Source of the DNA: an uncultured Gemmatimonadales bacterium
Lineage (GTDB): Bacteria > Gemmatimonadota > Gemmatimonadetes > Gemmatimonadales > GWC2-71-9
Reading direction: 5' to 3'
Length of the DNA: 64,000 bases
Assembly: GCA_963730185.1 (NCBI GenBank)
Contig: CAVSQW010000008.1
Location: 352,001-416,000, forward strand
This document shows, in pieces, positions 39,506 through 52,694 of the stretch. A model generated the notes under the pieces. The model saw only the letters and a program-made list of their open reading frames with translations, searched no databases and was not told the DNA's origin. Positions within the stretch are counted from its first letter, which is position 1. Each line of letters opens with the position of its first letter. A program made the translations under genes and the position numbers.

Positions 39506-40887
39506 GCCCCGCGATCTCGCAGATCTCCTACCTGGTCGCGTCGGTCTGCTTCATCGTCGGCCTCAGGTGGCTGGGCAGCCCGGCCACCGCGGTCAAAGGC
39601 AACCGCCTCTCGTCGATCGGGATGCTCATCGCGATCGTGGTCACCCTCCTCGATCGCTCGATCGTCTCCTACCAGGTCATCATCGCCGGCCTGGTGGTCG
39701 GCGGGGGCCTGGGGCTCTGGATGGCCAAGACGGTCAAGATGACGTCGATGCCGCAGATGGTGGCCCTCCTGAACGGCCTGGGAGGCGGCGCCTCGCTGGT
39801 CGTGGGCGGCGCCGAGTTCCTCAAGTCCGAGCTGATCGGGCAGCACCTGCCGCTCAACACGTCGATCGCCATGCAGGCCACCCTGCTGGTCGGGTCGGTC
39901 ACCCTCACCGGCAGCCTGATCGCCTGGGCCAAGCTCCAGGAAGTCATGACCGGGCGGGCCATCACCTTCCCCGGGCAGAAGGCGCTCAACGCCCTGCTGT
40001 TCCTGACCGTGGTGGTGCTGGCGGTCTACCAGGTCACGGTCCCGCAGTCGCTGCTCTGGCCGTTCTACCTGGTGGTCGGCGTGTCGCTCGTCCTGGGCGT
40101 GCTGCTGACCATCCCGATCGGCGGCGCCGACATGCCGGTGGTGATCTCGCTGCTCAACTCGTACTCCGGCATCGCCGCCGCGATGACGGGCTTCGTGATC
40201 AACAACGAGGTCCTGATCATCGCCGGCGCCTTGGTCGGCTCGAGCGGCATCATCCTGAGCCAGATCATGTGCAAGGCGATGAACCGCTCGCTCGCCAACG
40301 TGCTGTTCGGCGCCTTCGGCGCCGCCGCCAAGTCCACCAAGAGCGCCGAAGGGCTCACCGCCCGTCAGGTCAACGCCGAAGACGCCGCGGTCCAGCTCGC
40401 CTACGCCCGCACCGTGATCGTGATCCCCGGCTACGGCCTGGCGGTCGCCCAGGCCCAGCACCTGGTCCGGGAAATGGCCGACCTGGTCGAGAAGAAGGGT
40501 GGCGAGGTGAAGTACGCCATCCACCCGGTCGCGGGCCGGATGCCGGGCCACATGAACGTGCTCCTGGCCGAGGCGAACGTGCCCTACGACAAGCTGTACG
40601 ACATGGACCAGATCAACAGCGAGTTCGAGCGGGCCGACGTGGCCCTGGTGATCGGCGCCAACGACGTCGTGAACCCGGCCGCCCGGACCGACCCGTCCAG
40701 TCCCATTTACGGCATGCCGATCCTCAACGCCGACCAGGCCAAGTCGATCATCGTGCTCAAGCGCGGCATGGGCGCCGGGTTTGCCGGGATCGAGAACGAG
40801 CTCTTCTTCAATCCCAAGACCGCCATGCTCTTCGGCGACGCAAAGGCGTCCCTCACCAAGGTCGTCAACGAGCTGAAGACGATGTAG
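39502..40887 (+). CDS. pntB: NAD(P) transhydrogenase subunit beta
   Basis: 'MTSMPQMVALLNG', 'IGGADMPVVISLLNSYSG', 'IHPVAGRMPGHMNVLLAEA', 'GANDVVNP'. Confidence 0.95.
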   Translation: MSPAISQISYLVASVCFIVGLRWLGSPATAVKGNRLSSIGMLIAIVVTLLDRSIVSYQVIIAGLVVGGGLGLWMAKTVKMTSMPQMVALLNGLGGGASLVVGGAEFLKSELIGQHLPLNTSIAMQATLLVGSVTLTGSLIAWAKLQEVMTGRAITFPGQKALNALLFLTVVVLAVYQVTVPQSLLWPFYLVVGVSLVLGVLLTIPIGGADMPVVISLLNSYSGIAAAMTGFVINNEVLIIAGALVGSSGIILSQIMCKAMNRSLANVLFGAFGAAAKSTKSAEGLTARQVNAEDAAVQLAYARTVIVIPGYGLAVAQAQHLVREMADLVEKKGGEVKYAIHPVAGRMPGHMNVLLAEANVPYDKLYDMDQINSEFERADVALVIGANDVVNPAARTDPSSPIYGMPILNADQAKSIIVLKRGMGAGFAGIENELFFNPKTAMLFGDAKASLTKVVNELKTM

Positions 40888-41059
40888 CGGGCGAGGGCCG
40901 TTCATCCCCTGTGTCCCCGGCGCTTGTCCAGGCGTCTCCTCATCGGCGACCCTCGGGTGGGGCACCGGGGTCAGGGCACTGCCGATCTGGCGGGTCGAAC
41001 TGGATGAAACTTGGCGCGGGATAGGACCCGTATTGCCGAGTGTGGTTGTCGGAGATGTG

Positions 41060-41215
41060 GCGAAAATGCGCAAACCCATATTTCCGATAGGTTTAGCTAA
41101 GTTGTTGGATTTTATTGCGTTAGGTTGTATATTGTGATCTTGTTGGGGACGGTTCTTTTCGGGGTACATTCGGACCTCAGGTGCTGGTTCCCCCTTAACT
41201 AAGTGGAGGTTCAGA
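41060..41215 (+). promoter_or_regulatory. AT-rich promoter region of the sigma factor gene
   Basis: Sharp local drop in GC (e.g. TAAGTTGTTGGATTTTATTGCGTTAGGTTGTATATTGTG); GGAGG RBS before GTG 41216. Confidence 0.55.
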
Positions 41216-42106
41216 GTGACTCTTCCTCGTGCGAAGCGCCGGGCGGCTCGTCCTGCCCAGATCGCCCGTGCGGTGGATGAGGGCCGCGAGAGCCTTGACC
41301 TGTACCTGGACGAAATTTCCAGGGTGCCGCTGCTGAGCCGCGACGAGGAGATGGAGCTCGCGCGCAAGGCGTTCCGCGGAAACGTGGCGGCGCAGGAAAA
41401 ACTGGCTCGCCATAACGTGCGCTTCGTCGTGTCGGTGGCTAAGAAGTTCCAGAACCGGGGCGTGCCTCTCGTCGACCTGATCGGCGAAGGCAACCTTGGC
41501 CTCATGACCGCGGCCCGAAAGTTCGACCCCGATCGCGGGGTCAAGTTCATCTCGTACGCAGTGTGGTGGATCCGCCAGGCGGTCCAGGCCGCGATCGCGC
41601 GCCATGGCCGTCCCGTGCGGGTGCCCCTCAACCGGACGGCCGACCTGAGCCGACTCGGACGGACCACGACGCTCCTCAAGGAGCGTCTCGGGCGGATGCC
41701 CACCACCGAGGAGCTCGCGCGGGCCACCGGCCTGACCCCCGAGGCGGTACGGAGCCTGTCGGCTCTCAACTCGGAGGCGGTGCGGCTCGATCACCCCACC
41801 CGGGACGGCGACGGCAACGAGCGGATGGAGCGCTTTGCCTCCGTCGACCAGGAGGGCACCGACAGCTCGGCCCTGGCCAACAGCCAGACCCAGGACATCG
41901 AGGCGGCGCTGGCCACGCTGCCGCCGCGCGATGCCAAGGTGCTCCGGCTCTATTTTGGACTCGAGGACGGCAACAGCAGGACCCTCGAGGAGATCGGCCG
42001 GATGATGGGAGTCACTCGCGAGCGGATCCGTCAGCTCCGCGACCGGGCGCTCCAGCGGCTGCGCGAAGGCGAAACCGGCGAGCGGCTCAAGGATCTCGTA
42101 GCCTGA
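41216..42106 (+). CDS. RpoD/SigA-family sigma-70 factor lacking region 1.1
   Basis: Region 1.2 'LDLYLDEISRVPLLSRDEE', region 2 'DLIGEGNLGL...KFISYAVWWIRQ', region 4 'RTLEEIG...VTRERIRQ'. Confidence 0.92.
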   Translation: MTLPRAKRRAARPAQIARAVDEGRESLDLYLDEISRVPLLSRDEEMELARKAFRGNVAAQEKLARHNVRFVVSVAKKFQNRGVPLVDLIGEGNLGLMTAARKFDPDRGVKFISYAVWWIRQAVQAAIARHGRPVRVPLNRTADLSRLGRTTTLLKERLGRMPTTEELARATGLTPEAVRSLSALNSEAVRLDHPTRDGDGNERMERFASVDQEGTDSSALANSQTQDIEAALATLPPRDAKVLRLYFGLEDGNSRTLEEIGRMMGVTRERIRQLRDRALQRLREGETGERLKDLVA

Positions 42107-42129
42107 CCTGATCCGCCGACCGGTGCGTT

Positions 42130-42170
42130 GAAACGACGAGGGGAGCCCAACGGCTCCCCTCGTCGCTTTC
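42130..42170. terminator. Probable bidirectional intrinsic terminator
   Basis: CGACGAGGGGAGCC-caac-GGCTCCCCTCGTCG is a 14-bp perfect stem flanked by GAAA and TTTC, between convergent genes. Confidence 0.8.
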
Positions 42171-42176
42171 GGGCTC

Positions 42177-44604
42177 CTACTCCCGCCGCAACACCTCGAT
42201 CGGAGAGAGCCGCCCGGCTCTGCGCGCGGGCCCGAGTGCGGCCGTCCCCCGGCGACGAGCAGCACCAGCCCGGCTCCCACCCAGGTCGTCAGGTCCAGCA
42301 CCCGGGCCTCTTGGAGCGCCCCCGAAAGCGGCGCGGCCAGCGCCAGGGCGAGCCCGGCCCCGAGCCCGACGCCGGTCGCCACCACGACCACGGCCTCGCG
42401 AACCACCTGCCGCCGAAGCGTCGACGGGACGGCCCCGAGAGCCAACCGGATGCCGAACTCGTTGAGCCGGCCGCTCACCGCGAACGCCACCACCCCGTAC
42501 GTGCTCAGAGCCACCATCAGCAGCGCGAATGCCCCAAAGCCGAGGACCAGCAGGGCCCCGAACCGTTGATCCGCCAGTGGCGCTTCCAGGGCCGTTGCCA
42601 GGGTCCCGACGTCGTAGAGCGGCAGGTCCGGGTCCAGCTGTCGGACGATCTGCCGGACCCGCTCGATCAGGGCGGCGTCGAGCGGGTGACCCCGGACCAG
42701 CAGGGTCATCGAGTTGGACCACGAGCCCGGGGCATCGCGAGCCGCGGTCTGGGCGATCGGGACGTAGACGGACGCCGGACGGGTGGGGTTGGGCTCGGCG
42801 ATGTCGGCCACGATGCCGACGACGTCGACCCAGGGGGCCGGATCGTCGGGGCGCCGAGCCAGCTTGATCCGGTGCCCGATGGCGTCGCCGGCGGGGAACA
42901 GCCGCCGGGCGGCGCTCCGGCTCAAGAGCGCCACTGGAACGCTCCCGTCGCGATCGGCCTCGCCGAAGAGCCGTCCGTTCACGAGCCGGATGCCGAGAGT
43001 GCCGAAGTAGTCCGGCGTGGCGGCCCGATAGTTCAGGATCGGGGCCGACGAGGACGGGTCGCGGTCACCCTCGACCACCACCGACCGGCCCACGTTCGAG
43101 GTCGTGAACGGGATCGGCTGGAGCGAGATCGCGCCGGCGGCGCCGACCCCTGGCAGGGCCCGAACCCGGTCCAGGATCGAGCCGACCAGGCGGACCCGGG
43201 GCGCCCGTTCCTCGTAGCCGGCGTTGGTGAATGCCATGCTCACCCGGAGCACGTCGGTGCGGTCGTATCCCAGGTCGCGGGTCATCAGGCCCACGAAGTC
43301 CCGGACCAGGGCGCTGGCTGCCACCAGGAGCGCCATGGCGAGCCCGACCTGGGCGGCGACCAGGCCGTCGAGGGCCCGCCGGCGGCCCCCGGTCAGGCCG
43401 GTTCGCCCGCCAGCCACGAGGCTTCGCCCTCGTGAGCGGGTGGCGGCCAGGGCTGGCGGAAGGCCGGCCACGAGGCCGACACCCGCGCTCAGCAGGACGG
43501 CCACCAGCACCGCGCCGCTATCGACGACGATGCTCGGGGTCACCTCCGAGAGCCGGTCGGGGATCAGGGCGCCGAGCGAACCGGCCAGGGGCCAGGCCAG
43601 GGCGATTCCCAGGGCGCCGGCCACCAGGGACAGCAGGAGGCTCTCCGTCAAGACGAGCCGAATCTGGGCGCTCGCCGAGGCGCCTAGCGCGTGTCGGATG
43701 GCGAGCTCGCGAGTGCGTCCGGCGCCCCGAACGAGCCCCAGCGTCGAGACGTTGACGCCCGCGATCAGGAGCACGAGCGCCACCCCGGCGAGGAGGGCCA
43801 TCACCACCTGGTCGGGGTCGCGATTGAACTCCTCGTCGAACGGGCGGGCCAGGAGGGTTGGAGCGGAGGCGGAGTCGACCTCCCGGGCCAACTCGGCGGC
43901 GATGGTGCGGAGCTCCGCCCGCTCTCCGGCGAGCGTGGCCCCCGGCCGGAGCCGGGCCACCACGTTCCACTCGCCGGCGCCGTTTCGCTCGGTTGGGATC
44001 GTGGTGGGGAACCAGACGTCGGCGTGGTAGGGGTAGCCGAATCGGGCCGGCATGACGCCGATGACCGTGTAGGGCGTGCCGTTGAGCGACACGCTGGCGC
44101 CGAGCACCGCCGGCCCTCCCCGAACTGGCGCTGCCAGAAGCCGTGGCTCACCAGGGCCACCCGGCTCTGGCTTCCGAGAGCCAGCTCCGCGTCGCTGAAC
44201 CGGCGGCCGAGGGCGGGCGCGACCCCCAGCACCTCGGGCCACCGCGAGGACACCTCGATGCCGGCGATTCGAACCGGATTGGCCGATCCGGTGACGGTCA
44301 GGTTGACGTAGCGCTGAGCGGTGACGTCGATCTGGCGGGCTCGCTCGATCACCGCCCGCACATGGCTGGCGGTCACGCCGGTCTGGTAGGGCTGCCCGTT
44401 GGCGGCCCACTCCAAGACCACCCGATTCAGCCGGTCGCTCTCGGGGAAGGGCAGCGGCGCGAGCAGGATCGACTTGGCGGCCGAGGTCACCGCCGTGCCG
44501 GCGGCGACCCCAGTCGCGAGCGTGACCAGGGCCACCAGGGAATAGCCCGGCCGGGCTCGGAGAGCCCGCGCGGCAAAGCGAAGATCGGACAGGATCTCTG
44601 ACAC
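42177..44604 (-). pseudogene. MacB/FtsX-type duplicated (ADOP-like) ABC permease with two frameshifts (~44120 and ~42248)
   Basis: 'SDLRFAARALRARPGYS...LLAPLPFPESDRL...FWQRQFG' in ORF 43801..44883; the middle part ('YTVIGVMP', 'RELAIRHALGAS', 'EFGIRLALGA') in ORF 41195..44410; the tail 'PARRAGRLSPIEVLRRE' in ORF 42177..42722. Both breaks lie in G/C homopolymers, so the gene may be intact with sequencing errors. Confidence 0.8.
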
Positions 44605-44698
44605 CGACCGCTCCCGAAAATGAGAAAGCGCCCGCCAGGCTGGCGCGGCGCTTCCTTCCCTACGACCCGCCGCCCGGCGGGGATTCTGCCTCGGGGTG

Positions 44699-47482
<2,784 letters not shown>

Positions 47483-47594
47483 CGCGTTTCCGGTGTCGTT
47501 CGAGAAGGACGAGAGTCCAACGGGCCGGTGCGCCAACGGGACACCGGCTGAAACTCCCAAGATAAACCTGGAGGCCACCACGGGCACGGCTAGC

Positions 47595-47897
47595 GTGGTA
47601 CCGAACGCGATCACCCGTCGGGACGGCGGGCTCCTGATCGAGTGGGAAGGGGGGCGGCGCCAATGGCTGCCCGCCCGGGCCCTTCGGCTGGCCTGTCCCT
47701 GTGCGGCTTGCGTGGAGGAGATGACGGGCCGTCCGCTGCTCGACCCCGAGAGCCTGCCCGACGACATTCGTCCCGTCACGCTCCAGCTGGTCGGCGCCTA
47801 CGGGCTCAGAGTCCACTGGAGTGACGGGCACGCAACCGGGATCTTCTCCTTCGACTGGCTCCAGCGGCGGCCGGACGGCGACGGAGGCCCCACGTGA
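47595..47897 (+). CDS. DUF971 (GBBH-like N-terminal) domain protein
   Basis: '[16 protein letters not shown]' and '[24 protein letters not shown]'; start position uncertain. Confidence 0.85.
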   Translation: MVPNAITRRDGGLLIEWEGGRRQWLPARALRLACPCAACVEEMTGRPLLDPESLPDDIRPVTLQLVGAYGLRVHWSDGHATGIFSFDWLQRRPDGDGGPT

Positions 47898-48199
47898 TCG
47901 GGCGCCGGTACTGGATCTGGATCTGGTACGGCATTCTCGCCCTCGGGGTGGTGGGGCTGATCGCGGCCCTGCACTGGGGTCGCAAGACGGGTTGGAAGAA
48001 CCTCGACGAGATTCTCCGGGCGGTCGGCACCATCGCCGTGTCGGTCGGGATGATCCTGCTGCTGCAGCGGATCGGGGGCGGGGTCGCCTATACTTTGTTC
48101 ATTGCCGCCCTGCTGGCCTTCGTTCTGGCGTTCGTGCTCGGGCGGCGACCTGAAGACGAACGTTCCGGATACCGGGACGAGGAGGATGACGACGCGTGA
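47894..48199 (+). CDS. Small three-TM hypothetical membrane protein
   Basis: Three hydrophobic segments and an acidic tail; GTGA overlaps with both neighbours. Confidence 0.7.
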   Translation: MIGRRYWIWIWYGILALGVVGLIAALHWGRKTGWKNLDEILRAVGTIAVSVGMILLLQRIGGGVAYTLFIAALLAFVLAFVLGRRPEDERSGYRDEEDDDA

Positions 48200-50616
48200 A
48201 TTGGCGCAGGACGTTTGGACTCGCGGTCGGAGTCCTGACCTCGGCGGCTCCCGCCGCCGGGGCGCAGATCGTGGGGCCGTCGACCGGCGGGGCCGCGGCC
48301 CTGGCCCAGGCCGAGCGGATGCTCGGCCACACCAAGCGGGTCCTGATGATCGGGGCCCATCCCGACGACGAAGACACCGAGCTGCTCACCTATTTGGTCC
48401 GCCACGACGGGGCCGAGGCGGCCTATCTCGCCCTGTCCCGAGGTGAGGGCGGGCAGAATCTGATCGGACCCGAGCTGGGCGACGCCCTCGGCCTGATCCG
48501 GACCGAGGAGTTGCTCGGCGCGCGCCGCCTCGATGGGGCCCGCCAGTACTTCAGCCGGGCCTTCGATTTCGGCTTTTCCAAGACCATCACCGAGGCGTTC
48601 CGGTTCTGGCCCCGCGATACGGTGCTCAAGGACGTGGTCCGGATCATCCGCCGGTTCCGGCCCCAGATCGTCGTCTCGATCTTCTCGGGTACCCCGCGCG
48701 ACGGACACGGGCAGCATCAGGTGGCGGGCTGGGCCGCCCGGGCCGCCTTCGACGCGGCCGGTGACCCGGCCCGCTTTCCCGAGCTCCAGACCGACGAGGG
48801 GCTGGCGCCGTGGAGCCCCCAGAAGCTCTATCGATCGGCGCGGTTCGATACCACCGGCACCTCGATCACGCTCGACGGCGGCCTCCTCGATCCCGAGATC
48901 GGCCAGTCGTATCGGCAGATCGCGATGCGGGGCCGGAGCCTGCACCGATCGCAGGACATGGGCATGCTCCAGGAGATCGGGCCCAGCCAGATCCGGCTGG
49001 CCCTGGTCGAGGATCGAACCGGCGGGGGCGCGTCCCTCTTTGCCGGCATCGACACCATGCCTCCGCCGCCGGGCGCCACCACCATCGAGGCGCGCGACCT
49101 GGCCCGCCACGCCGCCACGGCGGCGGCGATCAAGGCCGGCGTCATCGTCGACGCCATCGCCGACCAGGCGCGGCTCGTGCCCGGCTCGACCGTGCACCTT
49201 CGGCTGTCGCTCTGGAACGCCGGGCAGCACCCGGTCAGCGGCACGGTGCGCCTGGCGCTCCGTCCGGGGTGGCAGTCCCAGGGAGAGTGCCTGGGTGACA
49301 CGTGGGCGGTGGCGCCGGACGACATCCGGCGCTGCGACCTGACGGTCACGGTCCCGGAGGACGCGGAGCTCACCACGCCCTACTTCCTGGCCCGGCCGCG
49401 AGTCGGCGCCCTCTACCAGTGGACCGGTCCGCCCTCGGTCTGGGGCGAGCCGTTCGGGCCGCCGCTGATCACGGCGCATTTCACGGTGAGCGGTCCGGCC
49501 CTGGCGCCGATCGAGCTGACCCGCGAGGTGGTCGAGCGGATTCGCGACCAGGCAATCGGCGAGCTCCGCAAGCCGCTCGCCGTGGTGCCCCGGGTCGACG
49601 TGAAGGTGAGCCCGGAAACCGTGGTGTGGCCGGTCGCCAGTCGGGCCCCGGAGAAACTCACCGTGACCCTGCAGCACGCGGGCGACGATACCACCCGGGG
49701 CAGCGTCCACCTCGACCTCCCGGCCGGCTGGCCCGCCGTGGCACCGGTGCCGTTCGAGCTCGACCGAGCGGAGGAGCGCCGGGCGTTCACCCTATCCGTC
49801 CGGGCGCCGGCCGGGGTCCAGCCCGGTACCTACACCATCCGGGCCTTCGCGCGGGATCGGACCGGCAAGCGGTACGATACCGGCGTGGTGATGGTGAGCT
49901 ACCCTCACATCCGGGACCGCGGGTACACCAAGCCGAGTACCGTGACGGTCCACGCGGCGGATGTCGCCCTCCCCGTGGTCGCCCACATCGGCTATGTCCG
50001 GGGCGCGGCCGACCGGGTGCCCGAGGCGTTGGCGGGCGTCGGGGTCCACGTCGACCTGCTCGACGCGGTCGCCCTCGACCGGGGAGATCTCTCGCAGTAC
50101 GACGTGATCGTGATCGGGAGCCGCGCCTACGAGACCGATCCCGCCTTGATCGAGAACAACGGCCGGCTGCTCGACTACGCGAGGGGCGGCGGCCACGTGG
50201 TGGTCCAGTACCAGCAGCAGCCCTACTTCCAGGGCGACTTCGCGCCGTACCCTCTCACCGTGGCCCGACCGCACGACCGGGTTACCGACGAGACGGCGCC
50301 GGTCCGGCTCCTCGCCCCGGATGACCCGGTCTTCCAGTCGCCCAACCGGATCGGGCCGTCGGACTGGAACGACTGGATCCAGGAGCGGGGTCTCTACTTC
50401 GCCCATACCTGGGATCCGAAGTACCGCCCCCTGCTGGAGATGGCCGATCCGGGCGAGGCTCCCCTCCGGGGGGGCATGCTGCTGACGACCGTGGGCAAGG
50501 GGACCTATCTCTACACCGGCCTCGCCTTCTTCCGACAGCTCCCGGCCGGGGTGCCGGGCGCGTTCCGGCTCTTCGTCAACCTGCTCGACCTGAGGTCCCG
50601 TGGCGCGCTTCCCTGA
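48196..50616 (+). CDS. Exported PIG-L/LmbE-family deacetylase with NEW3-like and C-terminal GATase-like domains
   Basis: Signal peptide, 'GAHPDDED', 'SRGEGGQNLIG', 'DFGFSKT', 'GHGQH', 'WIQERGLYF', 'FRQLPAGVPGAFRLFVNL'. Confidence 0.88.
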   Translation: MNWRRTFGLAVGVLTSAAPAAGAQIVGPSTGGAAALAQAERMLGHTKRVLMIGAHPDDEDTELLTYLVRHDGAEAAYLALSRGEGGQNLIGPELGDALGLIRTEELLGARRLDGARQYFSRAFDFGFSKTITEAFRFWPRDTVLKDVVRIIRRFRPQIVVSIFSGTPRDGHGQHQVAGWAARAAFDAAGDPARFPELQTDEGLAPWSPQKLYRSARFDTTGTSITLDGGLLDPEIGQSYRQIAMRGRSLHRSQDMGMLQEIGPSQIRLALVEDRTGGGASLFAGIDTMPPPPGATTIEARDLARHAATAAAIKAGVIVDAIADQARLVPGSTVHLRLSLWNAGQHPVSGTVRLALRPGWQSQGECLGDTWAVAPDDIRRCDLTVTVPEDAELTTPYFLARPRVGALYQWTGPPSVWGEPFGPPLITAHFTVSGPALAPIELTREVVERIRDQAIGELRKPLAVVPRVDVKVSPETVVWPVASRAPEKLTVTLQHAGDDTTRGSVHLDLPAGWPAVAPVPFELDRAEERRAFTLSVRAPAGVQPGTYTIRAFARDRTGKRYDTGVVMVSYPHIRDRGYTKPSTVTVHAADVALPVVAHIGYVRGAADRVPEALAGVGVHVDLLDAVALDRGDLSQYDVIVIGSRAYETDPALIENNGRLLDYARGGGHVVVQYQQQPYFQGDFAPYPLTVARPHDRVTDETAPVRLLAPDDPVFQSPNRIGPSDWNDWIQERGLYFAHTWDPKYRPLLEMADPGEAPLRGGMLLTTVGKGTYLYTGLAFFRQLPAGVPGAFRLFVNLLDLRSRGALP

Positions 50617-51649
50617 GCTGGTGGCGGTCGGGTTCGCCGCCCTGCTCGCGGCGTGCGGGGGAGACCACCGCACGCCGCTCGTGCTCTACTCGCCCCACGG
50701 GCGGGACCAGCTCGAGCTGCTCGAGCACGCCTTCGAAGCCCACCACCCGGAGATCGACGTCCGCTGGCTCGACATGGGCAGCCAGGAGGTGCTCGACCGG
50801 ATCCGCTCCGAGCGGGTGAACCCGCAGGCCGACGTCTGGTTCGGTGGCCCGACCACCCTGTTCGACCGGGGGATCGGCGACAGCCTTCTGGCCCCGTACC
50901 GGCCCGACTGGGCGGCGAGCGTCGGTCCTCGCGGGGTCGGCCCCGGCGATCTCTACTATCCGGCCTATCGGACGCCCGCGGTGATCGCCTTCAACGCGGA
51001 CGCGGTGCCCCCCGCCGAGGCGCCCCACGATTGGGACGATGTGCTCGACCCGAAGTGGACCGACAAGGTGCTGATCCGCGACCCGGTGGCGAGCGGGACC
51101 ATGCGGGCCATCTGGGGGTTGATCCTGGTCCGGAGCCTCCGGGCAACGGGTGACACGGCCCAGGGCATGGCCTGGCTCCGCCGGCTGGACGGCCAGACCA
51201 AAGCCTATGCGCTCAATCCCGCGATCCTGATGGAGCGCCTGTCTCGGCGGGAGGGTCTGGTGACGCTCTGGGACCTGCCCGACGTGCTGATCGACCAGGC
51301 CAAAGGCCTGCCCCTGGGCTACACCTTTCCGACCAGCGGCACCGTGGTGATCGACGACGGCATCGGGCTGGTGCGGGGGGCCCGCCACCCCGAGGCCGCC
51401 AAGGCCTTCATCGACTTCGTCGGGTCGGTCGAGGGGCAGCTGCTGGCGGCCCGCAAGGTGTTCCGCCTCCCGGCACGCGACGATTTGCCGGCCGACTCGA
51501 TTCCCGCCTGGGTCGGCGAGGTCGAGCGCTCGATGGTGGTGGCCGACATGGATTGGGATCTGCTGACCCGGGACGGGAGCGCCTGGATGCGCTACTGGGA
51601 TCAGCACGTTCGGGGCTCCGGTCACCGGGAGCGCCCCCGTGCCCCCTGA
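50600..51649 (+). CDS. ABC transporter substrate-binding lipoprotein (Fe3+/thiamine/AfuA-like cluster)
   Basis: Lipobox 'LLAAC', 'NPQADVWFGG', 'RDPVASGT'. Confidence 0.85.
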   Translation: MARFPELVAVGFAALLAACGGDHRTPLVLYSPHGRDQLELLEHAFEAHHPEIDVRWLDMGSQEVLDRIRSERVNPQADVWFGGPTTLFDRGIGDSLLAPYRPDWAASVGPRGVGPGDLYYPAYRTPAVIAFNADAVPPAEAPHDWDDVLDPKWTDKVLIRDPVASGTMRAIWGLILVRSLRATGDTAQGMAWLRRLDGQTKAYALNPAILMERLSRREGLVTLWDLPDVLIDQAKGLPLGYTFPTSGTVVIDDGIGLVRGARHPEAAKAFIDFVGSVEGQLLAARKVFRLPARDDLPADSIPAWVGEVERSMVVADMDWDLLTRDGSAWMRYWDQHVRGSGHRERPRAP

Positions 51650-52694
51650 CGGCGCGGCGGCGCTCAAACTGGAGGGCCTGACCCGCGACTTCGGCGCCGA
51701 GGCGGGCGTCCACGATCTTTCCCTGGAGCTCGAGGGCGGCCGGATTCTCGCCCTGCTCGGCCCGAGCGGGTCCGGCAAGACCACCACCCTCCGTCTCCTG
51801 GCCGGGTTCGAGACGCCGGACCGGGGCCGGATCCTGGCCGGCGGCGATGACGTAACCCGGCTCTCGCCGGTGGCTCGCCGGTTCGGGATGGTGTTCCAGC
51901 ACTACGCGCTCTTCCCCCACCTCGACGTCGGCGCCAACGTGGGCTTCGGGCTCGAGGCGCGGGCGATGTCGCGCCCGGCGCGAGCCGAGCGGGTGGCCCA
52001 GTCGCTGGCGGCGGTGGATCTGGCCGGCTTCGAGCGCCGGTCGGTGGCCTCGCTCTCCGGCGGGCAGCAGCAGCGGGTCGCGGTGGCCCGGGCCCTCGCG
52101 CCCGAGCCCCGGGTCCTGCTCCTCGACGAGCCTCTCTCCAATCTCGACCCCACCCTCCGGGAGCGGACCCGGCGCGAGCTCCGGCAGTTGATCGAACGGA
52201 TCGGGATCACCACGGTGCTGGTCACCCATGAGCAGGACGAGGCTTTCGATCTGGCCGATCGGGTGGCCGTGCTCCACCAGGGACGGCTGGAGCAGGTCGG
52301 GACGCCCGAGGCCCTCTACGACCGACCGGAGAGTCCCTTCGTGGCCCGATTCGTCGGCCGATCGGCGGTCGTCCCGGTCACCGTCACCCGGGCGGGACCT
52401 CGGGCCCTGGTGACCCTGCCGGACGGCTCGCCGCTCGAGCTCCCGATCGAGGCGCCGGCCGAGGGTCCGGCCACGCTCTGTCTTCGGCCTGAGGCGCTCC
52501 GCCTCGCGGCGCCGGGCCGTACGGCGGGGCGGGTGACCTATCGCCGGTTCCAGGGGGCCCGGTCGCTGGTGGCGGTGTCGTGGGGCGGGGTGACCGTGGA
52601 GGTAGAGGCCGGGCCGCACGACGCCCTTCCCGGTGACCAGGTCGGGTTGGAGCTCGCCGATCGCGGGCTCTTCCTTTTTCCCCGATCGACGTGA
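51639..52694 (+). CDS. ABC transporter ATP-binding protein (FbpC/PotA-like)
   Basis: 'GPSGSGKTT', 'VFQHYALFPHL', 'LSGGQQQRVA', 'LLLDEPLSNLD', 'VTHEQDEA'. Confidence 0.92.
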   Translation: MPPDGAAALKLEGLTRDFGAEAGVHDLSLELEGGRILALLGPSGSGKTTTLRLLAGFETPDRGRILAGGDDVTRLSPVARRFGMVFQHYALFPHLDVGANVGFGLEARAMSRPARAERVAQSLAAVDLAGFERRSVASLSGGQQQRVAVARALAPEPRVLLLDEPLSNLDPTLRERTRRELRQLIERIGITTVLVTHEQDEAFDLADRVAVLHQGRLEQVGTPEALYDRPESPFVARFVGRSAVVPVTVTRAGPRALVTLPDGSPLELPIEAPAEGPATLCLRPEALRLAAPGRTAGRVTYRRFQGARSLVAVSWGGVTVEVEAGPHDALPGDQVGLELADRGLFLFPRST

